Part shown: in pieces, positions 47,162 to 56,026 of the stretch
Layout of the letters: each line of letters opens with the position of its first letter
Position numbering within the stretch: position 1 is the first letter of the stretch
IMG/VR virus record: IMGVR_UViG_3300021963_000021
Span: 299,944-363,943 of that record
Length of the DNA: 64,000 bases
Reading direction: 5' to 3' (one strand)
Made by a program: the position numbers and the translations under genes
The notes under the pieces: generated by a model
Databases searched by the model: none
Seen by the model: the letters and a program-made list of their open reading frames with translations, nothing else
Told to the model about the DNA's origin: nothing

Positions 47162-47386
47162 TTAGCCCACAGCAGTTGCGGCCACACTGACCGCAGCCAC
47201 GACCAATCGCATGGCTGTTTCGTTGCCAGCCAGTCGTTCAGCAGCCACAACATCACGCAGTTCTGTGAGTAGATATTCATACTCTGATCTGCTGATCTCT
47301 TTGGCTAGAAAAGTCTGTGTTATCTGATCTAACTGCTCAGCTATGTGTGCGTCAGCTTCTCTTAGTTCTTGGAATACATCTGTCAT
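47162..47386 (-). CDS. hypothetical protein
   Basis: 74 aa. Confidence 0.55.
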   Translation of the reverse strand: MTDVFQELREADAHIAEQLDQITQTFLAKEISRSEYEYLLTELRDVVAAERLAGNETAMRLVVAAVSVAATAVG

Positions 47387-47387
47387 G

Positions 47388-47759
47388 TTATCGCCCCTCC
47401 CAGGCTGATCTAGCAGCAGCTAGTCTTGCTTCTGCGGTTTTTATGCCCAGCTTACAGAACGCTGGTTTAGTAGCAGGTTCACTCATCTTTTGCGCATGTT
47501 CGTAGAGGCCCCGCATGTTCTTGCTCTGTGGATCTCTACGGAACTCTGTGTAGTCAGCCAATCGTTGACTGTGATCAGCTACCCTGGCCCAGCCTGTGTC
47601 TTTACCGTCACAGTTGACACGACCCAGGGCTATGCGGGTGTCAACCCACAGTTCAACCATCACAGGGTCATGTGCTCGGGGCCATACTTCACGTACACGA
47701 TCTATGACAGCACAGCCCGAGACAGTGGCTGCTAACAACACTAGAGCTATGATTCTCAC
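47388..47759 (-). CDS. lipoprotein
   Basis: Lipobox VSGC. Confidence 0.65.
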   Translation of the reverse strand: MRIIALVLLAATVSGCAVIDRVREVWPRAHDPVMVELWVDTRIALGRVNCDGKDTGWARVADHSQRLADYTEFRRDPQSKNMRGLYEHAQKMSEPATKPAFCKLGIKTAEARLAAARSAWEGR

Positions 47760-48004
47760 TTCTTAGCTGCCTTGTCTGCAGGTTTCTTACATTTGGCTAG
47801 CGTGGGATCTGCTCGACACTCTGCTTGCCGTTTACTGAGACTGTTGTTTTTCCATTTAGGATCGTTCTTGGGTTTAGCAGCAGCTTTCTTGTTATCGTCG
47901 GCTTTCTTAGCAGCTTCTTTCTTTTGCTGAGGTGCTTTATCTAATGCGAAACTTGGTGTAACTACCGCAACTGCGACGAGGGCAGCTAGTATATATTTGA
48001 TCAT
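47756..48004 (-). CDS. small Lys/Ala-rich exported protein
   Basis: Signal peptide SFA; RBS GGAG; TAAATA upstream. Confidence 0.6.
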   Translation of the reverse strand: MIKYILAALVAVAVVTPSFALDKAPQQKKEAAKKADDNKKAAAKPKNDPKWKNNSLSKRQAECRADPTLAKCKKPADKAAKK

Positions 48005-48043
48005 TGGTATATCTCCATAAACAGCAACAGTGCTGTTGAGTAT

Positions 48044-48298
48044 TTAACCTGATCCTGCCCACTTAAGGAGAAATAGGCATTGATCCTGATCCCAACGAAA
48101 AGCCACAGCCATTTCCCAACTAGCATTAGCATTAGCCCATGCCCAACGTGTCCAATGATCGCCTATATTACTATTAAGCCACGACTCCATATGACTAACA
48201 CTGCTGACCCAATCCAATTGATCCTGACCTAGATTGGGCCAAGGTAAACGTGCTATGTGTGCGAAGTCGTGCCATTCCGGCAGGTAGAATGATCTCAT
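48044..48298 (-). CDS. Trp-rich hypothetical protein
   Basis: Start MRSFYLPEW, TAAATA just upstream. Confidence 0.55.
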   Translation of the reverse strand: MRSFYLPEWHDFAHIARLPWPNLGQDQLDWVSSVSHMESWLNSNIGDHWTRWAWANANASWEMAVAFRWDQDQCLFLLKWAGSG

Positions 48299-48422
48299 GA
48301 TAATATTTACTGTTTGGACGAGGATCAAGAGTCCATGGCTGCTCGAAGAGCAGCGCGAAGCGCAATTTTTAGCAAAAATTCTCAGCTTGACCAATACTGT
48401 ATTTCCAGTGTATAATAAGCTA

Positions 48423-48743
48423 ATGAAAAGACCTCGCAGATGGCTGGAAGCACGTCAAACACTCACAGGTAAAACACACTGGCATTTGACTGATCACGCA
48501 CATAAGATGTTGACCTACTGGTGTTTGGGTTTAGCTGCTGTGTTCTTTACCATAAGTGTCACATGGGCTGTGGTCAGCTGTGCAGTATTCAAAGACTGCG
48601 GAGTGGGTCAAAGACAACCCGTTAAACCTGCTGCTGACACAGATCCTCACATTCGACAATGGCAGCGTCAGCAACAGCAGATCGAACAGTTCCGTGAGCA
48701 ACTGCGTAAGCAACAACAGCAACAACAACAAGAAAAGCAGTAA
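48423..48743 (+). CDS. membrane protein with poly-Gln tail
   Basis: TM segment and CAG/CAA run. Confidence 0.5.
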   Translation: MKRPRRWLEARQTLTGKTHWHLTDHAHKMLTYWCLGLAAVFFTISVTWAVVSCAVFKDCGVGQRQPVKPAADTDPHIRQWQRQQQQIEQFREQLRKQQQQQQQEKQ

Positions 48744-48788
48744 ATATCACAGACACTGGGAACAAGATCTCCGAGTGGGGAGCGAACA

Positions 48789-48989
48789 ATGACCTATAGA
48801 GATTACATACGCACAGAGCTGTTAGAACGAGCAGCTAAAAGATACCCTAATAACACACGACTACAGATGCTGTATCAAATTGGATTCTTACAAGCACAGC
48901 TGGCTGAGGCAATTAGAGCTGACAACTATAATTACTATAGATTTAAACAAGCATTGGCTCGATCTGAACACTGGGAGCGGGAACTATGA
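48789..48989 (+). CDS. hypothetical protein
   Basis: RBS GGAGCGAA. Confidence 0.65.
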   Translation: MTYRDYIRTELLERAAKRYPNNTRLQMLYQIGFLQAQLAEAIRADNYNYYRFKQALARSEHWEREL

Positions 48990-49104
48990 ACACGTTATTA
49001 GCTATAGTGGAAGATGACTTATACTACGTGATACTGCTATTAACAGTCTCCGTGTGGAGTTTCTTCGCGGGCATGTCGTTAGGCTGGCTTTGGTGTATAT
49101 TACT

Positions 49105-49260
49105 ATGACAGTGCTATGGCTATTAGTGGTATACACACTACAGGGTGAACCTAGAGTACTGGCAGCTTATACAGATCGCAGCTACTGCGAATCGCAGGCA
49201 CAACAATGGATTGATCAGGGCAGTCACGCAGAATGCCGCAGTAAACTCACTCAGAGCTAA
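49105..49260 (+). CDS. small hypothetical protein
   Basis: MTVLWLLVVY...C...C. Confidence 0.5.
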   Translation: MTVLWLLVVYTLQGEPRVLAAYTDRSYCESQAQQWIDQGSHAECRSKLTQS

Positions 49261-49261
49261 A

Positions 49262-49481
49262 GGCCCCGCTGCAGCATATAGCCGGGGAGTCTAGGGTGGG
49301 AGATCATTTTGGACTGTTGAGAGAGTATTTTTACTAAGCCTCACATACCACACTCTTTTGAATCGTTTTACCACAGTGATCACTGCCCCGACCACAGTCT
49401 TTTGAACCATAAACCACCATTTACCACCGTAGGCCAGTAAATCTGATCCTTAAAACGGTTCTCTCACAGTGGCCCCGCTGC
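49262..49481. repeat. non-coding phased repeat array flanked by GGCCCCGCTGC direct repeats
   Basis: ACCAC at 49347, 49370, 49391, 49413, 49423; ACCACA(C/G)TCTTTTGAA twice; 11-mer at 49262 and 49471. Confidence 0.65.
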
Positions 49482-49548
49482 GACTGAATTGACATTTGTC
49501 TAGAATGATCGTATAATATATGTACATTAACACTCAGTGAGACACACG

Positions 49549-49710
49549 ATGACGAGACTTATACTACTAGCACTCTTAGCTACACAGCTGGCAGCATGTA
49601 TGACACCTTTGACTGTGGCAAAGCAGCATCGTGCGCCATGGGACCCGGATCCCAGCGAAGGTGGTTCACTGTTGAATCAGCGTAGACCTACCTGTAACGG
49701 TCACTGCTGA
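49549..49710 (+). CDS. 53 aa lipoprotein-like peptide (not in ORF track)
   Basis: LAAC lipobox; promoter at 49489-49517. Confidence 0.5.
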   Translation: MTRLILLALLATQLAACMTPLTVAKQHRAPWDPDPSEGGSLLNQRRPTCNGHC

Positions 49711-49753
49711 TCTCTGCATGCAGTAGAAAGGCCCCGCTGCTAGGACGTAGACT

Positions 49754-50014
49754 ATGACATTACCCGACGAAAGATATCGTGCTGTATCGCAGACTCGCAG
49801 GTTTCTTCTGGATCTCTGTAACCCTGAACACACGCCCAGAGTGCCTAGGCTGGTAAGGGAAACTGCTCGCAGCATGTTGAGACACTATCCCTCTGACTGG
49901 GAACTAGATCAGCTAGCTGCTGCTGCGCCTGAGCTTTTACAGCAGCGTATGGAACCTTTGTATAGGATGATCAAGCAATATGAACTGGACTCTGACCACA
50001 CAGATCCCACATAA
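49754..50014 (+). CDS. conserved phage hypothetical protein
   Basis: MTLPDERYRAV...TPRVP...LRHYP. Confidence 0.75.
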   Translation: MTLPDERYRAVSQTRRFLLDLCNPEHTPRVPRLVRETARSMLRHYPSDWELDQLAAAAPELLQQRMEPLYRMIKQYELDSDHTDPT

Positions 50015-50612
50015 GTGCGTCGTAGCTGTGTCGGGCGGTGCGGACAGCATGGCTCTGTTACACTTTGCTGCGCAGGACTCACGTAGGGAAGTCACTGCTG
50101 CTGTATACGATCACGGCACGGGTGCTCACACTAGTGCGTTTCCACTAGTAGAGGCCCTGTGTGATCGACTAGGGATTGATGTTGTAACTGCCCGGCTAGC
50201 AGCTGAGAGATCACGTGGGCAATCTAGGGAAGATCACTGGCGCCAGCAACGTTACAGATGGTTGCGCACATTGGGTCAGCCGGTGTTAACTGCTCACAAT
50301 CTAGATGATGTCGCTGAGACCTGGCTGTGGAGCACGTTACATGGTCAGCCCACATTAATGCCAGCAGAGAACCAGGCGGTGCTGCGTCCACTGTTGGCGG
50401 TCCGGCATGCGGAGCTGGCTAAGTACTGTGAGCAGCATTCAATTGACTACTGGCTGGACCCTGCGAACACAGATCACGATCAGTTCGCGAGACCCCGTGT
50501 ACGATATGTGCTCAAGCCCGCAGCAGAGTACGTCCACCCAGGATTTTTCACTGTCTTGCGCAAAAAACTGTTGACACGTCGGCAGTTAGATCATATACTA
50601 GAACACTGTTAA
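49980..50612 (+). CDS. tilS: tRNA(Ile)-lysidine synthetase, N-terminal catalytic domain only
   Basis: AVSGGADSMALL PP-loop, TAHNLDDVAET, RPLL, DPAN, R.RVR; directly upstream of tRNA-CAT. Confidence 0.9.
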   Translation: MNWTLTTQIPHKCVVAVSGGADSMALLHFAAQDSRREVTAAVYDHGTGAHTSAFPLVEALCDRLGIDVVTARLAAERSRGQSREDHWRQQRYRWLRTLGQPVLTAHNLDDVAETWLWSTLHGQPTLMPAENQAVLRPLLAVRHAELAKYCEQHSIDYWLDPANTDHDQFARPRVRYVLKPAAEYVHPGFFTVLRKKLLTRRQLDHILEHC

Positions 50613-50620
50613 GAGATAAC

Positions 50621-50697
50621 GCCCCTATAGCTCAATAGGTAAGAGCACCCGACTCATAATCGGTAGGTTCCTGGTTCAAATCCAGGTGGGGGCACCA
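50621..50697 (+). tRNA. tRNA-Ile2 (CAU, lysidine-modified)
   Basis: Cloverleaf with CCGA-CTCATAA-TCGG anticodon arm typical of ileX, CCA end, adjacent tilS. Confidence 0.88.
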
Positions 50698-50700
50698 AAT

Positions 50701-50784
50701 GCCCGCGTGGTGGAAGTGGTAGACACAAGAGACTTAAAATCTCTCGCTTATGGCGTGCCGGTTCGAGTCCGGCCGCGGGCACCA
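50701..50784 (+). tRNA. tRNA-Leu (UAA)
   Basis: AGAGA-CTTAAAA-TCTCT, long variable arm, CCA end. Confidence 0.93.
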
Positions 50785-50873
50785 TTGACGAGTTGGAGTG
50801 CCTAGGCATTGACCCTGGAGCCGTTAGGGTCTTTGTTTCTGTGCTATAATACGTTTTTTAACTAGGAGCGAGT

Positions 50874-51056
50874 ATGAAGATGGTTTTTGTAGTACAAGCA
50901 CAGGGATTCGGAGACGACGAAGCTGCCTTTGAGAACATTGCTGCTTTCACTCGTAGACCACTGGCCCAGCAGTATGTTGCTGATCTCCAGGAGCAGGATC
51001 TAGTGGACGACATGGAGCATGTGTACAGAGTAGAAGAAATAACCCTACAGGCCTAA
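50874..51056 (+). CDS. hypothetical early protein
   Basis: AGGAGCGA RBS. Confidence 0.65.
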   Translation: MKMVFVVQAQGFGDDEAAFENIAAFTRRPLAQQYVADLQEQDLVDDMEHVYRVEEITLQA

Positions 51057-51134
51057 GGGCTTGCGAAAATAGGGGTTGACAAACTCTACAGACGTGCTAT
51101 AATACACACTCAACAACACACACAGGAGCGCACT

Positions 51135-51488
51135 ATGCAAGAAGATCAGAAGCAGTATTTTGTCCGTCGTCTCAACGAGATCGCACGTGAAAAGATCAAC
51201 GCTAAGGCTGTAGCATTGTTTGGACCCGCAGGACGTCCAGAGCAACCCACTTGGGGCCAGGTCTTTGCTGCGATCAAAGCAGGCGAGATCACCCTGCGCG
51301 AAGACAAGGTGGACTACACCGGCGCTTACCTTAACCCCTCTGATGTCGTGTGGCCTGCTATGGAAGCAAAGAAAGCAGAGCTCGCAGACTATCGCAAGAC
51401 CGTAGAAGCAGAACGTCAGCGTGCAGAAGATTCTGTGATGTTGGACGCAGACGCACAACAAGCCCTGACTGCTTTCCAGGGTATTTAA
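51135..51488 (+). CDS. hypothetical early protein
   Basis: Own promoter and RBS. Confidence 0.7.
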   Translation: MQEDQKQYFVRRLNEIAREKINAKAVALFGPAGRPEQPTWGQVFAAIKAGEITLREDKVDYTGAYLNPSDVVWPAMEAKKAELADYRKTVEAERQRAEDSVMLDADAQQALTAFQGI

Positions 51489-51553
51489 CGAGTGGTTGAC
51501 AGGGCCTTCGGGCCCTGTTATAATATGGCTATATTAACACTAAGGAGCGAGCT

Positions 51554-51985
51554 ATGGGTACACGTTGTTTGACTTTTGTCTACGAGGGCGCGACGCCTGT
51601 GGTCAATCTCTATCGTCAGTACGATGGTTACCCTGAGGGTCACGGTCGCGAGCTGGCTCTGCTGCTGACCCGCGGTGAATTGATCAATGGGCTCACAGGT
51701 GAAGATCGCCCCGCATTCAACGGCATGGGCTGCTTGGCTGCGCAGGTCGTAGCACACTTCAAACAGAGTGTGGGTGGCTTCTATATCTACTCTGTAGAGC
51801 AGACTGACTGCGGTCAGGACTACGAGTATCACGTCTATGAGCAGGAGCAGCAGCTGATGGTCCGTGTGGTGAACCGTGGCTGCAACATGTTTGGGCTCAC
51901 TATGAGCGATACCAACACGGTGATCTTTGAGGGCACAGCACAAGAGTTCTATAGTTACTGTGAACCCAAAAAACAATCTGCATAG
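51554..51985 (+). CDS. conserved phage protein (MGTR...YRQYDGYP family)
   Basis: 143 aa; ends TAG. Confidence 0.75.
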   Translation: MGTRCLTFVYEGATPVVNLYRQYDGYPEGHGRELALLLTRGELINGLTGEDRPAFNGMGCLAAQVVAHFKQSVGGFYIYSVEQTDCGQDYEYHVYEQEQQLMVRVVNRGCNMFGLTMSDTNTVIFEGTAQEFYSYCEPKKQSA

Positions 51986-52047
51986 GGGTTGACAAACGGT
52001 CAGCGACGTGCTATAATACATTTTTTAACACACATAGGAGCGAACTT

Positions 52048-53118
52048 ATGCCAGCAATCATCGAACTTCGTAGCGGTACGTACCGTATCCGTGGGCAGGA
52101 AACGTCCATGGCGGGCTTCCGTTTCGAGCTCGTAGAAGGTTTCAAAGAGGGTGCCCAAGGGGGCTTTGTTACTGTTAACGGTGGTTCAGTACAGCCCGCA
52201 AACGCAGGTATCCCAGATCGAAGCATCCGTATCCGTTGCGCATCAGCTCAGGACTATGTTGTGGTCACGGGTACTGCTCCAGCAACTCCAGCAGGCGATA
52301 AGAGCCTAGAGCAGATCAAAGTCTCGGACGCTGTGGTAGCACATGAGACTGACGAAGAGATCATCGAACGACTGCGTGGCCGTTTCGAAGTACTCAAGGA
52401 CATGACCAAAGCTGTGAAAGAGGGTACAGTACGTGCCATGATCGTCACAGGCCCTCCAGGTGTGGGCAAATCCTTTGGCGTAGAAGAAGTACTCAGCAAG
52501 GATGATCTGTTCGATACCCTGGGCCAGCGCAAGCCCAAATACGAGATCGTCAAGGGCGCAATGTCAGCCGTGGGTTTGTACAGCAAGCTCTATCACTACA
52601 GCGAGAAAGGCAATGTTATCGTGTTCGATGACTGCGACTCTGTGCTGTTAGACGATCTGTCGCTGAACATCCTTAAGGCTGCTTTGGATAGCTCTAAGAA
52701 GCGTACCATCTCGTGGAACACGGACTCACGTGTACTGCGTTCAGAGGGTGTGCCGGACAAGTTCGAGTTCAAGGCGGGTGCCATCTTTATCACCAACATC
52801 AAGTTCGAGAATGTACGCTCTAAGAAGCTACAGGATCACTTGGCTGCTTTGGAATCACGTTGCCACTACATCGACCTCCAGATGGACACAGACCGTGAAA
52901 AGGTACTGCGCATCAAGCAGATCACCACAGACGGCATGTTGGACAGCTACGAGTTCGAAGACTGCGTCAAGGACGAGATCACAGACTACATCGTCGAGAA
53001 TCGTGCTAAGATGCGTGAGCTGAGCCTGCGTACTGTACTGAAAGTCGCTGACCTGCGCAAGAGCTTTCCTACAACTTGGAAGAGCATGGCTGAAGTAACT
53101 GTCATGAAGCGAGGTTAA
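52048..53118 (+). CDS. AAA+ ATPase
   Basis: GPPGVGKS, VFDDCD, LESRC. Confidence 0.9.
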   Translation: MPAIIELRSGTYRIRGQETSMAGFRFELVEGFKEGAQGGFVTVNGGSVQPANAGIPDRSIRIRCASAQDYVVVTGTAPATPAGDKSLEQIKVSDAVVAHETDEEIIERLRGRFEVLKDMTKAVKEGTVRAMIVTGPPGVGKSFGVEEVLSKDDLFDTLGQRKPKYEIVKGAMSAVGLYSKLYHYSEKGNVIVFDDCDSVLLDDLSLNILKAALDSSKKRTISWNTDSRVLRSEGVPDKFEFKAGAIFITNIKFENVRSKKLQDHLAALESRCHYIDLQMDTDREKVLRIKQITTDGMLDSYEFEDCVKDEITDYIVENRAKMRELSLRTVLKVADLRKSFPTTWKSMAEVTVMKRG

Positions 53119-53119
53119 T

Positions 53120-53362
53120 ATGATAGACGGACCCAGCAGGACATGTACGTGGATTGGGCCCGATCAGGACCCACTGATCCATCACCCGATCCACTACTGT
53201 GGGGCGCCCAGCGTCCAGGGCAAGAGCTACTGCCATGAGCACTACCAGCGAGTCTACATTGGCGGCACAGCTCTAACAGGCAAGAAGAAGCTGAAGAATC
53301 TTCTTAAAGAAATCGACAGGGCTCACGATCGTGACCCTGAACTGGAGATGGTAAATGAATAA
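53120..53362 (+). CDS. small Cys/His zinc-binding protein (GcrA C-terminus-like)
   Basis: CTWIG...YCGAP...SYCHEH. Confidence 0.55.
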   Translation: MIDGPSRTCTWIGPDQDPLIHHPIHYCGAPSVQGKSYCHEHYQRVYIGGTALTGKKKLKNLLKEIDRAHDRDPELEMVNE

Positions 53363-53552
53363 AGGTTTGGTTGCGTTGTTCTTGATCATAGCCCTGGTTG
53401 TGGCCGTGATCGTGGGTCCGATCTTAACGATTTGGGCATTGAACCAGCTGTTCCCTGTGTTGGCTATTCCCTACACGGTTTGGAACTGGTTGGCTGTTGT
53501 GATCATCGGTGCGTTCATCCGCGCTAAGGTCAGCATCAGCAAAAATGGTTAA
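53355..53552 (+). CDS. small membrane protein
   Basis: Two TM helices. Confidence 0.65.
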   Translation: MNKGLVALFLIIALVVAVIVGPILTIWALNQLFPVLAIPYTVWNWLAVVIIGAFIRAKVSISKNG

Positions 53553-53642
53553 CCTCAGGGTTGACTTTGTGATAGTAAGGTAGTAAACTGTATAAACGCT
53601 GAAGACATTCAGCCATTTAACTTAAATGAAAGGTACACACAC

Positions 53643-53918
53643 ATGAAGTATTTGTTCTCGAAGGACTCTAAGACGTTCAAGATCCAGTCAGCTCTTAAGG
53701 CTGGTGAAACTCTAACCCAAGCACAGGCTACTAAGCGTTTCGGCGTTAAGAACCTGTCAGCAGAAGTAAGCCGCATTCGTCAGAACGGCTATGCTGTCTA
53801 CAGCAACACTCGTGTCGCTGGCAATGGTGTTAAGGTTACTGAGTACGCTATCGGTACACCGTCACGTGAAATCGTTGCTCTTGGCTATGCAGCTAAGGCA
53901 ATGGGCATGACTGTTTAA
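53643..53918 (+). CDS. winged helix-turn-helix protein
   Basis: LKAGETLTQAQATKRFGVKNLSAEVSRIRQNGY. Confidence 0.7.
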   Translation: MKYLFSKDSKTFKIQSALKAGETLTQAQATKRFGVKNLSAEVSRIRQNGYAVYSNTRVAGNGVKVTEYAIGTPSREIVALGYAAKAMGMTV

Positions 53919-53946
53919 TCACAGTCTGTACTAGTTCAAACAACTG

Positions 53947-54003
53947 ATCCGATTCGCTCCCGGGGATGCTGTTTGGGGAAGGGCCTTTAGGGCCCTTTCT
54001 TTT
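53947..54003 (+). other. 3' hairpin with anti-RBS loop (TCGCTCC) followed by terminator
   Basis: TCCG-ATTCGCTCC-CGGG, then AAGGGCC-TTTAG-GGCCCTT-TCTTTT. Confidence 0.55.
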
Positions 54004-54117
54004 TGGCCCTGGTGGCACTCCGCTCAGTCACTGTGGCAAAAATACAACAGATATTTTGGTTGACAGCCCTGAGTAAATACCGTATAATAGAGGCATAGTT
54101 AAACAAAGGAGCGAACT

Positions 54118-54750
54118 ATGTTTACAGCTGATCAAGTTTGGGGTCTTGCCATAGCAGCAGATCGTATCAATGGGGGATACCTCAAAGAGCCCGTCTATGA
54201 CTTTGAAGTGGATCAGCGTAATCCTGTCAAAGAAGCCAACAAGGCCATCGTCAAGCGTTGGCTGCGTGAACAGGACTTCTCAGCAGCAACAGCTGAAGAT
54301 ATCGACCGTGGCCGTGTAGTTCGACACTACTTCAACGGCTTCCTACTCAAAGAACTCTCTGGAAAGATCAACGACTTCGAGCGCCAGGCTTTGAAGATCG
54401 CACAGAAGGACGAGTTCACGGGCCGCGATATGCTGGACTTCTCCATCGTCAGCTGCTTGCCCTCAGTGATGCTGCGTGATCAGGCTCGCAACGAGATCGC
54501 ACGTGAGATCCGCGTCAGTGAACAGCTGGCCGCCAAGGAAGGGGACGCTGTAGTCATGGACATCGAAGTGATCAGCAGCCGCTTCAACCCTGAGTATAAC
54601 AAGCATCGAGTCACTGCTCGCGCAGGGGAAAGCTTCGTGGACTTCTGGATCGGCACAGAGCTCAAGGGCACACACCGCATCAAGGCCAAGGTCAAACGGC
54701 ACCGTGGCGATAATACAACACAGCTTAACTATGTGAAAATCATCGGTTGA
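54118..54750 (+). CDS. hypothetical protein with possible C-terminal OB-fold
   Basis: Own promoter and RBS. Confidence 0.7.
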   Translation: MFTADQVWGLAIAADRINGGYLKEPVYDFEVDQRNPVKEANKAIVKRWLREQDFSAATAEDIDRGRVVRHYFNGFLLKELSGKINDFERQALKIAQKDEFTGRDMLDFSIVSCLPSVMLRDQARNEIAREIRVSEQLAAKEGDAVVMDIEVISSRFNPEYNKHRVTARAGESFVDFWIGTELKGTHRIKAKVKRHRGDNTTQLNYVKIIG

Positions 54751-54824
54751 CAGACCGATTAACTGAGCATATAATAGAAGCATAGTTAGAAACAACTGGG
54801 CACAAATTTTACTAGGAGGTCTCA

Positions 54825-55913
54825 ATGGCAAAAAGCACAGAAGCAAGCAACATCCGCACCGTAGGTCCTAAGGGTGCTATCAAGGCAATTAGCAAGGCTA
54901 TTGCCAAGCGTCGTCCACTCTTCCTCTGGGGTCCCCCCGGCATTGGTAAGAGTGATATCGTCAAGCAGATTGGCGATACAGCAGGCCGCGAAGTCATTGA
55001 CATTCGCTTGCCACTTTGGGAGCCCACTGACATCAAGGGTATCCCTTATTACAACTCAGACAGCAAGAGCATGGTGTGGGCACCTCCTAGTGAATTGCCT
55101 ATGGACCCAGATAGCAACGCTATCATCTTCTTGGACGAGCTTAACTCTGCTCCTCCGGCTGTCCAGGCTGCGGCCTATCAGTTAGTTCTGAATCGCCGTG
55201 TTGGCACCTATGTGCTTCCCAAGGGTGTAGATATTGTAGCGGCAGGTAACCGTGACGGTGACCGTGGTGTTACCTATCGTATGCCTAAGCCACTGGCTAA
55301 CCGCTTCCTACACTTGGAAATGAAACCTGACTTCGATGACTTCCAAGAGTGGGCTGTTATGAACAAAGTCCACGCAGAGGTTGTGGGTTACCTGGGCTTT
55401 GCCAAGCAGGACTTGTTCGACTTCGATCCTAAGTCTAGCTCACACGCATTCGCAACTCCTCGCTCTTGGAGTTTCGTTAGCGATCTGTTGGCAGACGACG
55501 ATGTCGACACTGACACGCTGACTAACTTGGTCGCAGGTGCTGTAGGTGACGGCCTCGCACACAAGTTCATGGCTCACCGTAAGGTTGCGGGCAAGATGCC
55601 TAAGGCCGCAGACATTGTCGACGGCAAAGAGAAAGAGCTTAAGATCAAGGAAGTGTCTGCGATGTATTCCTTGACCGTTAGCCTGTGCTATGAGCTCAAG
55701 GATCGTGCGGACAAGAAGGTCAAGGGTTGGGACTCTATGGCAGACAACTTCTTCCGCTACATGATGGATAACTTCCCAACAGAGTTGGTAGTGATGGGTG
55801 CCAAGGTTGCCCTTACCAACTACAACTTGCCCTTGGACGCTTCGAAGATGAAAAACTTCGACGAGTTCCATCAGCGTTTTGGCAAGTATGTTTTGAAAGC
55901 CATGGAGAACTGA
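54825..55913 (+). CDS. MoxR-like AAA+ ATPase
   Basis: WGPPGIGKS, FLDELN, AAGN, PLANRF. Confidence 0.9.
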   Translation: MAKSTEASNIRTVGPKGAIKAISKAIAKRRPLFLWGPPGIGKSDIVKQIGDTAGREVIDIRLPLWEPTDIKGIPYYNSDSKSMVWAPPSELPMDPDSNAIIFLDELNSAPPAVQAAAYQLVLNRRVGTYVLPKGVDIVAAGNRDGDRGVTYRMPKPLANRFLHLEMKPDFDDFQEWAVMNKVHAEVVGYLGFAKQDLFDFDPKSSSHAFATPRSWSFVSDLLADDDVDTDTLTNLVAGAVGDGLAHKFMAHRKVAGKMPKAADIVDGKEKELKIKEVSAMYSLTVSLCYELKDRADKKVKGWDSMADNFFRYMMDNFPTELVVMGAKVALTNYNLPLDASKMKNFDEFHQRFGKYVLKAMEN

Positions 55914-56026
55914 GACCTCGCTATGGCGTTCAGGGTGGAGTGCCAGCCCAGGTGCTCCGCCCACCTATTCGGTTGACAAGCAGGGCAGATGATAGTATAA
56001 TATATACATACTAAGGAGAGCGAACA

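Noticed and set aside
48660-48743. CAG/CAA microsatellite as a phase-variation locus
   Set aside because: In-frame, imperfect poly-Gln coding run; triplet changes would not shift the frame.
50784-50830. A third tRNA after tRNA-Leu
   Set aside because: Only short hairpins (CCCT-GGAGCCGTT-AGGG); no T-loop or acceptor stem.
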